This document shows positions 1 to 12,372 of a DNA stretch of 64,000 nucleotides, in pieces. Positions within the stretch are counted from its first letter, which is position 1. Each line of letters starts with the position of its first letter. Location: the NCBI GenBank assembly GCA_021613535.1, contig CP075494.1:8432001-8496000 (forward strand), in the 5' to 3' direction. The notes under the pieces were generated by a model that did not search any database, had not been told where the DNA came from, and saw only the letters and a program-made list of their open reading frames with translations. Origin of the DNA: Adineta vaga. Lineage: Eukaryota; Animalia; Rotifera. The translations under genes and the position numbers were made by a program.

Positions 1-466
1 AAATAGATGGATAAGTGAGTAATAAGCAATGCTTTCTTGTGGACTTGATAAACATTTATATTGTGAGCTATTTGTACATAACGACAGATGTTCAATGGCA
101 AAAGAATGTACACTTTGAGAATGTTGAAATAATTATCAACGGTTGCTTCAAAATAACATACAAACAGGATCCACGTCGGATCTGGATAACAGTCTCTACT
201 CGTTGTACGAACAATATAAGTAAAGAAGAATCGAAAAAGTAGAAGAATATCGGTGATGAGATAAGCATAGATCCATTGCATTGACTTTTGTCGAACCGAA
301 GAACAAAATGCAAGCTGAAACCAAAATACCGTATGCAGGAATACTGCTACTATGCAAACACACAACCGTGATGCACGACTGTCGATATTCGTGTCCATAG
401 AAGTGGTGCCGGACAAGTGTTGTTTGTATTGTTGAATATTATTGATTGAGTTATAAGTATATTCAT
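1..466 (-). pseudogene. Rhodopsin-like GPCR, third tandem paralog; two 1-bp frameshifts (~393, ~357); 3' part lies outside the window
   Basis: Manual translation gives MNILITQSIIFNNTNNTCPAPLLW / TNIDSRASRLCV / CIVAVFLHTVFWFQLAFCSSVRQKSMQWIYAYLITDILL...LNICRYVQIAHNINVYQVHK, colinear with the paralogs at 1265 and 3245. The frameshifts could be assembly errors. Confidence 0.65.
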
Positions 467-1264
467 CACTAATACTATGTTTCAATATGAAAGTAGTCTT
501 GTAAGAATAGACCATATATGAGTATTTATTGTATGTTGTTACTGGAGTAAGGAAATAATTAAATGATGATGGAGTATCATTCAATAATTGAAAATACACA
601 TGTAAACAGAAAAAGATTGACGTAGTATTTTCTATATCTAGATTTCGTTTATAAATAATTACTAGAGTCATATTCATCATGGCATATTGAAGAGAACTAT
701 TTTATGAAAGAGTGTAAAATATGGTTATTTGTTGTGTTGTGTGGTGTGATAAAAATGAATCAGAGAATTGCGCGACAAATATAAATTATCGATTTTTTAA
801 ATGCGTACTACTTATGATGTGATCAACACTATTAATGTATTTGATATAACAATGACGTTAAACATGATATTGATCAGTATCACTATGACATCATCATTCA
901 TATTAAACGTGTATAAGAAGCACTAAATGGAATTCGAATGTGTGTACGAGGTGGAAGTACAACCTAGTGGTAAGTATAGTTCGTCTTCATGGAAAAATGT
1001 TGATTTATCTGTTTACTTCGAAATATGATCATCATAAATCATAATCAACAATACATACGAGTTATTCATTATCTAAAATTGTAATTCTTACTTGCATGTG
1101 ACTTTTCATTTCTTTACTCAAATACTAAATGATGAGAGACTCTAGATAAGCATAGTGTTTGTTTATTAGAATTAAATATAGATATTACGGGATACCAGAA
1201 TATTAGTCAATCTAGTTTTGGAACTGAAAGGTATTGCAGAAAAATGACATGAAGAAAAACTAGT

Positions 1265-2296
1265 TCAAAGTGCTGTTGTTCGTGGTTGTGTTGTTTTAAT
1301 CGAAAATACATTTACTCTTGTTGTTGTGGGTAAGACTCGTCCTGTAGTTGAGCCATGCTGCAAAACTTCTATTTTCACGCACCTCCATATTTTCTGCCAT
1401 GCTTGCCAAAAACGTACGTCCAATGCAGCAATAATTATTGGATCCAAAGCTATTTCAATGAAATTTAACAGACGAAAAGTGCCCGTTAAGTTTCCACCAC
1501 CAGATATTTGATACAGAATAACGTTCGGTGCCCAAAGTGCCACCCAAACGGTATAAAACAGGAGAAATTGAATTACTAATGATCGATTGTATTTTTCACG
1601 AGCAGAAACATGCGTTGCTTTTTGTAGTGTTGATGCCAAACGAACATGACGAGCACTCATATAGATAACAATGACGTTAAGAAAGATTGGAATAGCAAAT
1701 GCAGTAGCGATATTGAATATTTGAATGTATAGATTAGTATATGTTACTTGACATGAATCTCGATAGTAAATAGTTAACTGTGACCATTCTAATATAAATT
1801 GTAGGACCAAAGAAATTGCTGTTGACACATATATAGTGATATGAGTGATAGCCAATAATTTTTTATGAACTTGATAAACATTTATATTGTGAGCTATTTG
1901 TACATAACGACAAATGTTGAGTACGAGAAGAATATAAACTTCAAGAACATTGAGATAATTATCCACTGTTGCTTCGACATAGCATACAAAGTAAAACCAT
2001 AATTTCGTCGGTTCACATTCGGTAGCTGTTCTACGAACGATATAAGTGAAGAAAAAACGAGCTAACAAAAGAATATCGGTAACGAGATAAGCATAGATCC
2101 ATTGCATTGATTTTTGCCGAACTGAAGGACAAAATGCAAGTTGAAGCCAAAATATTGTATGCGTGAATACTGCTACGCTACAAGTAATCAGTCGAGGTTG
2201 TCGATCTTTGGTAGCCTCAACATCCCAAAGTAGAGGTGTTGAACAAATAACATCTGTCTGATTGAACATCGAGGATTGTGTGGTGAATTCATCCAT
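1265..2296 (-). CDS. Intronless class A (rhodopsin-like) 7TM GPCR, orphan, 343 aa
   Basis: Seven hydrophobic segments, TM2 Asp (LVTD), CRY in place of DRY, TM6 LWAP, TM7 DPII. Confidence 0.85.
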   Translation of the reverse strand: MDEFTTQSSMFNQTDVICSTPLLWDVEATKDRQPRLITCSVAVFTHTIFWLQLAFCPSVRQKSMQWIYAYLVTDILLLARFFFTYIVRRTATECEPTKLWFYFVCYVEATVDNYLNVLEVYILLVLNICRYVQIAHNINVYQVHKKLLAITHITIYVSTAISLVLQFILEWSQLTIYYRDSCQVTYTNLYIQIFNIATAFAIPIFLNVIVIYMSARHVRLASTLQKATHVSAREKYNRSLVIQFLLFYTVWVALWAPNVILYQISGGGNLTGTFRLLNFIEIALDPIIIAALDVRFWQAWQKIWRCVKIEVLQHGSTTGRVLPTTTRVNVFSIKTTQPRTTAL

Positions 2297-3244
2297 GGTT
2301 GTATAAAAACGAAGCTGTCAGTAAAAATGAGGATTGTATATGAATAATTCAAAATGTATTGTTAAATGACGAGAATAATAATTGAAATTATACATGTAAA
2401 GAGAAATAATAGAGTAGAATGTCATTTTGTATAACTATATGTCATTAGTAGATGATGAGGGGAGGCATGAAATGATTTCAATACGTAGTTCCGAACAGAT
2501 TATGAACATTATTTGTTGAATCGGATATTCATTAATGGAAGTATGAAAAATCTATCTTAAAATGAAACCTTTTCAAAATTGACTTTGGTTGTGAAGAAAT
2601 ACTCTTACTTTAAGTCTACGAACAGATACATCCTGTTCAAGGTGATTGTAGTAGTAGTAGCAGATGATACGCACATGGTATTACTCTAATATATAAATAC
2701 GATGACTGCCCTCACGGTAGATTACGTGTACATTTGGACGAAATCACGCCAAATAGGACATACCCTTCTCTTATTCCTTTTTAATTCTTCAAGAGAACAT
2801 TTTATCGGAGGTCTCTGAAGCAGAAATTTTTATGTCAACATAATCTCTTGATTCTGAAGAAAGATTTGTACCTTTTTAATTATTCGAACAAATTTTTCTA
2901 TGTGCAACCGTACTCTATCACGTTGCTGTTAAAAGATTTTGCTCATATACATTTCATTACTTTTCTATTTTAGCTTGTGTATCATAAGCGAAAAACTTCA
3001 CATCTTCACGTACATTATACTCTGTTGCCATCTTTTATAACATCGAGCAAAATTATCATTTTATGCGTCTATGATGATGCAAACAGATGACAACTTTTCT
3101 TTTAAATATAGTACTGAGAGGCTTGATGATTTTATTCTGCATTAGAAAAAAATAGAAATACTAGAAACCAAAAAAATTTGTTTAGTTAAAACTTCATTCG
3201 AAAAACATAAAATGACAATAAGCAGGTTCAATAATGTTCAGTTT

Positions 3245-4279
3245 TTAAAAAACAGTTGTTCGTAATTGTGGAGTTTTAATCGACAATGTATTGAATCTGG
3301 TTGTTGTTGGTTGAACTTTTCCAGGATTTGGACCATGTTGAAAGATGTATACTTTTGCATACTTCCACCATTTTTGCCATGCTTGGCAAAAACGTACGTC
3401 TAGCGCTGCCAAAATGATTGGATCCAAAGCTATTTCAATGAAATTTAACAGACGAAAAATGCTCGTTAAGTTTCCACCACCAGATATTTGATATAGAATA
3501 ACATTCGGTGCCCAAAGTGCCACCCAGATAGTATAGAAAACAAGAAATTGAATTACTAATGATCGATTGTATTTTTCACGAGCAGAAACATGCGTTGCTT
3601 TTTGTAATGTTGATGCCAAACGAATGTGACGAGCACTCATATAGATGACAATGACGTTAAGAAAGATTGGAATAGCAAATGCAGTAGCGATATTGAATAT
3701 TTGAATGTATAAATTGGTATATATGACTTGACATGAATCTCGAAATATTACATATATCTGACACCATCCTAACACAAATTGTATGACTAAAGAAATCAGT
3801 GTAAATGAATAAATGCCTAAATGTGCAAAAACTAAACAACTTTTATGAACTTCGTAAACATTTCGATTGTACGCTATTTGTACATAACGGCAGATGTTAA
3901 GTGCCAGAAGAATATAGACTTCGAGAACATTGAAATAGTTATCAAATATCGCGTCAAAATAGCATATAAATATGACCCAGGCTGGACTTGGTTCACATTC
4001 GGTAGTTGTTGTGCGAACAATATACGTGATGATAAAACGAGCTAACAAAAAAATATCGGTAACGAGATAAGCATAAATCCATTGCATTGATTTTTGTCGA
4101 ACCGAAGGACAAAATGCAAGTTGAAGCCAAAATACTGTATGCGTGAATATGGCTATCATAAAGACAATAAGTCGTGGTCTACGACTATCGACCATTTCTT
4201 TTGGCCAAAGAAGTGGCATTGGACAAGTGATGTTTGTATCATTGAATATCAAGGATGACTGGGTTGTGAACACATCCAT
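3245..4279 (-). CDS. Intronless class A 7TM GPCR, tandem paralog, 344 aa
   Basis: Same motifs as 1265..2296 and highly similar to it. Confidence 0.85.
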   Translation of the reverse strand: MDVFTTQSSLIFNDTNITCPMPLLWPKEMVDSRRPRLIVFMIAIFTHTVFWLQLAFCPSVRQKSMQWIYAYLVTDIFLLARFIITYIVRTTTTECEPSPAWVIFICYFDAIFDNYFNVLEVYILLALNICRYVQIAYNRNVYEVHKSCLVFAHLGIYSFTLISLVIQFVLGWCQIYVIFRDSCQVIYTNLYIQIFNIATAFAIPIFLNVIVIYMSARHIRLASTLQKATHVSAREKYNRSLVIQFLVFYTIWVALWAPNVILYQISGGGNLTSIFRLLNFIEIALDPIILAALDVRFCQAWQKWWKYAKVYIFQHGPNPGKVQPTTTRFNTLSIKTPQLRTTVF

Positions 4280-4878
4280 ATCTGTAAATCTTAACCTTGT
4301 ATTAGAATATAGAAATAACGATCGTATGAGAGTATTTAAAGTACAGTGCTATGAGAGTAAAAACATAATTAAATGATGACGGAAAGTCATTTGATGATTG
4401 AAGACAGGCATGCTTACAGAAGTATATATATCAGAATATCGTTTATATACAAAACTAAATATCATCAAATCACGAAATGATCGGTCAACATAAGCAGATA
4501 ATCAATCTTAATTGTTCAATCGTGCTTGAAGGTCATTGAGCTTATATAAAAGTAAAATATAACAAGATAGTCCGATGTGTGACAAAATCGTGTTTAAAAT
4601 TAGACATTATATTATTTTTGCACAAAATAATAATCATAGTAAGCTGCCAATATGTCATTAGTCAAGTCATTAAAAATATTCTTCCAAATACATGAATTGA
4701 GAAGAAAAAAAAAGTACTTTGAATACATTTTCTTGTTATGATTCAATTAATCATCATAACTCTGTATATATACCAATTAATAATTGAACAATAACAAATT
4801 CTTCTCATCGGTGTTTTTGATTATCCATCTTATACAAAGGATGATATTCTACTTTTTCAAAAAAGTACGAATAGCACG

Positions 4879-4952
4879 GCTCTTGTGGCGCAATTGGTTA
4901 GCGCGTTCGGCTGTTAACCGGAAGGCTGGTGGTTCGAGCCCACCCAGGAGCG
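4879..4952 (+). tRNA. tRNA-Asn (anticodon GTT)
   Basis: Acceptor stem GCTCTTG/CAGGAGC, A box TGGCGCAATTGG, anticodon loop CTGTTAA, B box GGTTCGAGCC; matches the eukaryotic tRNA-Asn consensus. Confidence 0.96.
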
Positions 4953-4955
4953 TAA

Positions 4956-4961
4956 TTTTTT
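4956..4961 (+). terminator. Pol III oligo-T terminator
   Basis: T6 run starting 4 nt after the tRNA 3' end. Confidence 0.75.
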
Positions 4962-5266
4962 ACTTTTATTCTTGTAAAACAATACTAATCAAATATATAG
5001 TATCAAAGATTTGATAATATCGTTTATTTCAAAAACAATTCTTTTTAAAACTTACAAAAGAAAATTGAGTGATATTTCATCGGATGATGTCTATGTTGAA
5101 GGAAAGTAAAACATATTCAAAATTAGATTAGAAAAAAAATGAGAAGTTTAAGTTGGAAATAAGCACCAAAATAAAATAAGAATTGATATCGTTGATGATA
5201 TTTATCCAGAAGAAAAAGGCAAATTTTGTTTCTTTTAAAAAGAACATTAAGAATCTTGAAGAAATA

Positions 5267-8200
5267 TTAAATTTTTAATGTAAGTCTACCATACGTTCCA
5301 TGATTAGATATAACATCTGTTTGAGCTTTTGCTGCTTCTTCTAATGGATAGATTCGACCAAGTAAAGGTCTTAAATATCCGTATTTTAAACCTTGTTGAA
5401 GATAAGCATTAATCATCTCAAATTCTTCCTAAAGAAAAACAAATATTTATCCAACAAAAGACTATTTCATTAGTGTCTAGAGCCAAATCTTACCTCATTT
5501 GAACTGAATAATGTCACACCACAAATACTTGTTTCTTTCGCCATCAAAAGTCGAGGATTTATGTCAACTGTACCTCGATTACCGATAACAACGACTCGTC
5601 CAACACATGATTTGAGTAATTGTAAATCAGCATTCAAATTTACATTTGCTAACATTTCAAGTATTAAATCAATACCTTCATTATTAATTGAAGCAGTCTA
5701 TATCAATATAAAATCTGTTTTCTTTTCATTATGAGAACAAAATGAACGACAAAACATACAGCAATTTCTTTCAGATATCCTTCTTGTTTATGATTGAAAA
5801 CAAGATCAGCACCTTGATCACGAATTGCTTGTAAACCTTGTTCAGTTGATGCTGTACCAATGACACGCATACCCAATGTTCTAGCTAATTGAACTGCAGC
5901 AATACCAACCTGAAGAAAAGAAATTCGTTGATGTAAATTTTCTCATATTTAACTTACTCCACCACTTGCTCCATGAATTAAAACCGTTTCATTCGGTTTT
6001 GCATGTCCTCTAGAAAGCAACAGAAAGCAAAAGAAAGATAAATGCAATTAAACAATGACAAAAAAAAACACGCAACATTTTGTTGTCGTTTTCTTCTTAT
6101 CTTTTTCTTACATTTATTATCATAACATCTAACTATCACATCATGGATGACCATGATGCTCTATTAATTGCTTTGCTTGTCGCACTCGTAATTTTACTGC
6201 TCATTATTGTTGGTTTTATAATTTGTTGGTGTTCACGAAAACGACGAGGTTTTGTTCATTTACAATCATCTTCTACATCTGATGAAACACCTTTACTCGA
6301 TCGTTTCTCTCAACCACGTATTGACCGTGCACAAGCACAAGAAAATGCCTCACTCTTAACGTGTCATTTCTATATTCGAACAACAGGTGAATATACATTT
6401 CATTCACAATTATCTCAACTTGGATCCGATCCAGAAAAGAATTGGTTTTTAATAGCACCAATATCGAAAACAAGTACAATATCATTCAACACAGCGTCAC
6501 ATATTCTTACGTTACAACCAAAATCTGATCGATTAAATCATTTAATTGATGAAGAAAGTACTGCAACATATGTTCGCACCTTGAATAATCTTGTTAGTCG
6601 ATTATATCATCCGTATTGTGGAACCTTTATTGAAATTAGATATTCTATATACACAAAAATTAATCGTTAAAGTTAGACAATATCAACGTTTAGGATCATT
6701 AAAAGATTTGTTGCATGGAGCTGTACCGACTGCTACTTTTCATGTAATCTCTTTATTTTCTACTTTATTAATCGTTGTTTGTTTTATTGTCTCTTTTCTT
6801 TATGTAGGGTAAATATTCGTATCGAAGTTCTGGTTTAGCACTTAATCGTGTTCGAGTGTATTCTTGTCAATTGTTGGAAGGTCTTCTTTTTCTTCAATCA
6901 AAATCAATGCCACCAATTACAGATTTACATAGTGGAAATGTAATCGTAGCAGGTTCATGTGTTCAAATTGGTTCATATGAATATCAATTTTTAGAACAAC
7001 GTTCACGTATTTATCCATTAACAAAACGTGCCGCTTCATCATTGATTCTTCCTGAAGGTATGACAAAATCACAAGCATGTGAAGTCTTCTGTTATGGTGC
7101 ATTAGTATTTGAAATGTTAACTGGCTATGAATTAGGTGAACATTTACGTGGTTTAACACCAAAACATTGGCATGATTGTGGACGTGATCCAGATGCACGG
7201 CAAATGCTAACACGTTTATTCGATATAACACAGCCTGTGTTAACTCTAGCTGAACTTCGACAATATCCCTATATTGCAAATAATATGTCGAAATTAAAAG
7301 AATTACAAGGTTTTACGGCAGTACCAGGTGAGTATTCTAGTGATGTTAAAAATTTACTGGAACAATGGACAAGTACAATGCGACGAAAACGAAATTCTAC
7401 TGTCAAGACATCAACTATGGACAGACGAAAAAGTACAACTGTCTCAAAACCAACAGAAACGTCAATCATTAATCTAAGTTATTCACCATCAATTCCTCCG
7501 ACAACACCAACGACTCCATCGGCAACAAGACCTAATCTTCCAGGACCACCATCCGCATCAACTTCATCACCACCACTTCCGCCAACACAATCAATGGTTC
7601 CTCCACCGCCTCCTCCTCCTCCTCCACCACCACCACCACCCCCTGCTCCTGCAGCTTCATCATCTGGTGGTTCAGGTGATCGTTCTGCTCTTCTAGACAA
7701 TATTCGTATTGGTACAACTCTCAAAAAGACAGTTACAAATGATCGAAGCACTCCCAAATTTAAATAAATTATTTAAAAACTCTTAATTTTAATAAATAAC
7801 AGATGAAAAAAACCAAACTCTTTTACTTACTTTATAACTAGAGCTCGATATGCTGTAAAATAAGGCACACCAAGTGCCGAACCTTGTTCAAATGAAACAT
7901 TCGCGGGTAGAGGAAAAACGAAATCAGCACGTGCAACACAATATTCAGCATAAGTGCCCGTTATAGTATTGACTGTAAAAACTCGATCACCGATCTAAGT
8001 AAATATAGACTAGTTTACCGATCGAAAACAAGAATGATCTGTATAGTTACTTTAAATTTTGTAACTTCAGCACCAACTCTTTCGATTGTTCCAGCTGAAT
8101 CAAGTCCGGGAATATAGGGTAAAGTAGGTCGACGACTATATGAACCCGAACGAATATATGTATCGACTGGATTAACACCAGCAGCATATACACGAATCAA

Positions 8201-8409
8201 TACCTATATAGATTTTTCAGTTATAATTGTACTTTTTCTTTAGTTCAACAGACTTCTCGAGGTTGAATGTTAGGAATTGGTACATCTCTGATTAATTGAC
8301 AGACATTAGCATCACCTTAGAATAGTGTAAAGTTTCAAAAAAATTCATTATGAAAAGTGATTGATTATTTACCAAATTCTTTAACCACAATTGCACGCAT
8401 AACGCTCAT
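5267..8409 (-). CDS. CRYZ: NADPH quinone oxidoreductase / zeta-crystallin (MDR family), multi-exon, with a 1821-bp intron at 6010..7830
   Basis: Spliced translation [13 protein letters not shown]...[20 protein letters not shown]...[10 protein letters not shown]...[32 protein letters not shown]|VGIAAVQLA...[12 protein letters not shown]...[10 protein letters not shown]...YGRLTLKI*; GT-AG junctions stay in phase. Confidence 0.92.
6143..7767 (+). CDS. Slob/PXK-like pseudokinase with N-terminal TM segment, polyproline and C-terminal WH2; nested in the CRYZ intron; one intron (~6744-6807); apparent +1 frameshift ~6617
   Basis: [26 protein letters not shown]; HPY(V)EP...GSLKDLLH; [20 protein letters not shown] (Slob/PXK-type degenerate catalytic loop); Pro run; WH2 [26 protein letters not shown]; AATAAA at 7791. 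Confidence 0.8.
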
Positions 8410-9210
8410 TTTTGAAAAATATACTTGAAGAATAAATCAATAAAATTTTCTTTCTTTTATTTCTACCGTTCGTTTCCTCGGTAAAATATGCATTAAAACT
8501 ATTTGTTGGCATGAAAAGGCCAATACAAAAAAGTAATGTCAATCAATGTCTTTGTCGCTCATATTCAAATGAATTGAAAAAATTAAATTGATGCGTTTTT
8601 ATTTCACGACTACGTTGTCAACGACCGAGTATAAGTTTATAATTGCACAATCAAAAACAAGTTCCAACTTGTATTTGAAATAGTTTAATTTTAGATTGAA
8701 TTTCTAGTAAAATTTATTCGAGAAAATGAATCGCGACTTTCATATTTGACATTAAGAAAATATAATCTGCAAACTAATTAGTTGACTGCATATTTCTCGA
8801 AAACTCTTTATTGTAAAGAAATCCGTCTTTATGTCCCTGAACTATTGTATAGGAGAAAATAAGCAGCCCAATTAATAATTTATTGTGTTTATTTTATAAT
8901 TAAATACTTTGAATTAAAAACACGTTCTATATGAAGATACATAAGAAAATTAAACTTTAATGGGACATACGCTTAGCTGATATAATGCTTGAAGCAGTAG
9001 ACTCATTTGAGATATAAATGTTTGTTTATGAAAAAAACAACTAATATGAGTCCGAAATATTATTGCTTTTCACATATCATACATCCGTTTATGCAACAGA
9101 GGCAAAATTAATTAAATCAATTATCATATCGTATGAAATATAAACAAGAGTAGAATACCTTTATAAATACTCGTACAATATAATCATTCAATAAGTCAGT
9201 AAACAGCACC

Positions 9211-10497
9211 ATGAATGATAGTTCTTGGAATTCAACATATGTTACCACTCTTAATATCAACGGATCCGGTCAACAACTCGATGGCGACTCACCACCTAGT
9301 GGTTCACGTCAAGATAGTAATGCAATTATACCATTTGTGACTACTACTTTTCAACGAAATTTAGCATTATATGGTTATATATTTCTTTTTATATTCGGAT
9401 TCTTTGGTCATCTGAATAGTATTATTATCTTTTCACGGCGAACTCTTCGTTCAATGTCAACAAGTTGTTTTTTTTCATTTGCGTAGCAATATCAGATATC
9501 ATCTATTTATTAGTATGTATTTATGATTTTCTCTATACTGGTGTTGGTCTAACACCTATTAATCCAGATATTTATCCAAATTTATCCGATGAACTTTGTC
9601 GTTTTCGATCATTTATTCAATCCGTAACAATGTGTTTATCTTCTTGGCTTCTGTTAGGTATTGCTATAGATCGATGGCTTCGGGTTCGATTTCCATTTCA
9701 AGTGAAGAAATTATGCACTCGAAATCATGCTCTTCTTAGTGTTTTAATCATGTTAATATTAGACACAATACTAAATTCTCATTTAATTCTACCATCATTT
9801 GCTACTTTATCAGGTTCAAATTTATGTGGTCCATTATCACCTACAACATATTCATTTTTCTTCAGAAAGGTCTTTCTTTTTTCTTTTTGAATTGAAATTT
9901 GTTATTATATATTAAAAAAATCTATTTAGATCTGGGGAATTCTATTTGCATTATTACACACGGTTCTACCTACAATAATTCTAATTATTGTGACGATTGA
10001 TATATTTCGTCGTCTTCGTTTACAACAAAAACGAAAATTAAATGGACCTCATCGTCGTCGTGCTTTTCTTGATCGGCAAATATTAATTATTATGTTAACA
10101 AGTATATTTTTATTCTTCGCAACACAAATTCCATTAAGTTTATTCAACATACTTTTATCACCAGTACTCAGATTTCGATTATCAATGACACAAGCTCTTG
10201 AAATCACATCAATCTGTACTTTTATTGCTTCAATTAATTTTGCTGTAAGTATAATCTCGAATTATCGTAAAGGTAACTTGATATTTTTGTCTGATTTAGA
10301 CAACATTTTATGTTCATTGTTTGACAAGTAAATTATTTCGAAATGAATTCTATTATATTAAATCTTGTCATCGACGAAGACGTGTTGGTGTGATTGCAAA
10401 ATTGTTAGATAGAGATGCTACCCAAACACGAACTCAAGATATTCGTATGAAAAGAAGAGGAAATCAACAAGATTGCTCAATTGAAACTGTACATTAA
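9211..10497 (+). CDS. Peptide-receptor-like class A GPCR, 3 exons; homopolymer frameshift ~9470
   Basis: GFFGHLNS (TM1), AISD (TM2), AIDRW (TM3), TQIP (TM6), ASINFA|TTFYVHCLTSKLFR (TM7/H8); introns ~9870-9929 and ~10246-10299. Confidence 0.82.
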
Positions 10498-10549
10498 CTA
10501 TTGTAATTTGTAAATCGTTTTTAATTGTTGTTTATTAAATAGAAAATAT

Positions 10550-11462
10550 TTATCGGTTAAATCGTCTCATAAATAGATGCACCATTAATGCAATGGCAGA
10601 TAGAGTATAGAAGATTTGTGTTAATAGTTTTCTTCCTTGATTAGAATCTTCAGAAAATTCACTATCAATATCGCCACCACAACAATAAACTTGACGATTT
10701 GTTTCTTCTTCACAACACTGATTATCTCCGGTTGTTGTATAACATTGAATTTCTGTTGAATTACTAGTATCCATTGTACAATAGTAATAAGAACCTGAAC
10801 TAGTCGCTGGTGTTGTATATCGATTTGATGAAGAACGTGATCGATAATGATAAAATCGAGAGACTGGAAGAAAAACATGTCGAGTACGACTCCATAACCA
10901 TCCACTTGGACGAGAAATCACTGCTCCAGTACGTGTATTACGATAGCGAGTAGCAATGGAAGATGATCGCCGACTACTACTTCGACTACTTCGGCTCGAT
11001 ACACGAGAACCACCACGAGACCTAGATCGACGAGGTTGATGAATTTTTTCCACATGTACTTCTAAAAAAAACAATACTTTTAACAAGATGAACTAGCGAC
11101 TCTCTCTCATCATATATGTATACAGATGTCCTTCTCAATTCAACTGCTGACCTTTCCCTTTCAATACGTGTTCGATAGACAGATGTATTGAATGTTTTAT
11201 TTTAAAATGTTAACTTACCATCGAGTATATTTTGATTTTCTTGTTGATGATGATGATGATGATTTCTTGATTTCAACCATTTTTCACAAAAATTTTCCCA
11301 ATGTCGATTTTCAATGGACGATAAATCTTCATCATGTAAATCATCACAGATATTTTCTAATAAATGCTTCACTTTCTTTTCTGACTGTTTTGATGCAGTA
11401 ATATCTCGAATTTCATAAAATAAGAATACAGTCACAGTTAATATTAATACTTCAGTTCTCAT
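10550..11462 (-). CDS. Uncharacterised secreted/single-pass membrane protein (signal peptide, His run, RS-rich region, Cys domain, C-terminal hydrophobic segment), 2 exons
   Basis: MRTEVLILTVTVFLFY signal; phase-1 intron 11218..11062 joins ILD-EVHVEK in frame; YYYC...C...CC...CC; C-terminal IFYTLSAIALMVHLFM. Confidence 0.7.
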
Positions 11463-12372
11463 TTCGATCAACACGATTTGAGTAATAAAATGAATGATAT
11501 GCGAGAAGAAATAAGAACAAAATATATATATACATATATGTTTTTTTCTTTTCGTTTCTCTATACAATTGCACAGGGCAATAGATGTATGTAGAGAATAT
11601 AATTCAACGATATACTTATGTTTCAATGTCAGCTTATACATAGAAATATATATTTATCGAAAGGAAGAAGGTGGAATTACATATAATCATTCGACTGAGA
11701 TTTTATTTATTTGTAGATCATAAGCTTGTGATAGTTTGTTTCATCTGTCGTAATCATCAGATTGTTTGAATGGTAAGATGTATGAAAATCTATGCATTGT
11801 TTTTATTCTTCGAAAATTAATTAAATGTTTCGTTTATATGTTGTTTTTTGTATGTATGAATGAATAGTATTTACTTAAATAGGCTATCTAGATTAAATGA
11901 ATGCACACAAAAGGTTATTCTTATGTAAGAAATCAAGTCATAAATAATGATTTTACTTAACTTGATATATTTACTTGTTTTGCAAATGACAAAACAATGA
12001 TTTATCAATGATACTTGTGTAGTATTGATCATTCTTACACTCGCTTAAATACGATCAATAAATTTTTATGCTGTGATGAGAATGTTCATCTATCAACTAT
12101 TAATCGAACATAACAAGACTTTTTGATAGATAACTTTGATAAAATGGGAGAGACGTGTATAGTTAAAAAATGCGTCATTGAGCCAGAAAAAATAGTAACG
12201 GATCGATACATTCTTGGTATAGACAAAAATAAAAGAGTTCCTTTGAAATCTTTAACTGTTCACTATCAATACTTATGATATATCATATCTAAAATTCAGT
12301 ATTTATTTTATTTAATGAATAATGGTCGAAGTTGTATTGATCGTTCTTTTCACATCAACTTTTTTCTTATGA

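Noticed and set aside
2640-2830. Slightly GC-richer patch between the GPCRs as a gene or TE relic
   Set aside because: No recognisable motif and no sustained reading frame.
4784-5014. 76-aa ORF
   Set aside because: It overlaps tRNA-Asn and is a chance frame.
7479-7757. Gly-rich 92-aa minus-strand ORF
   Set aside because: Antisense shadow of the polyproline codons of the Slob-like gene.
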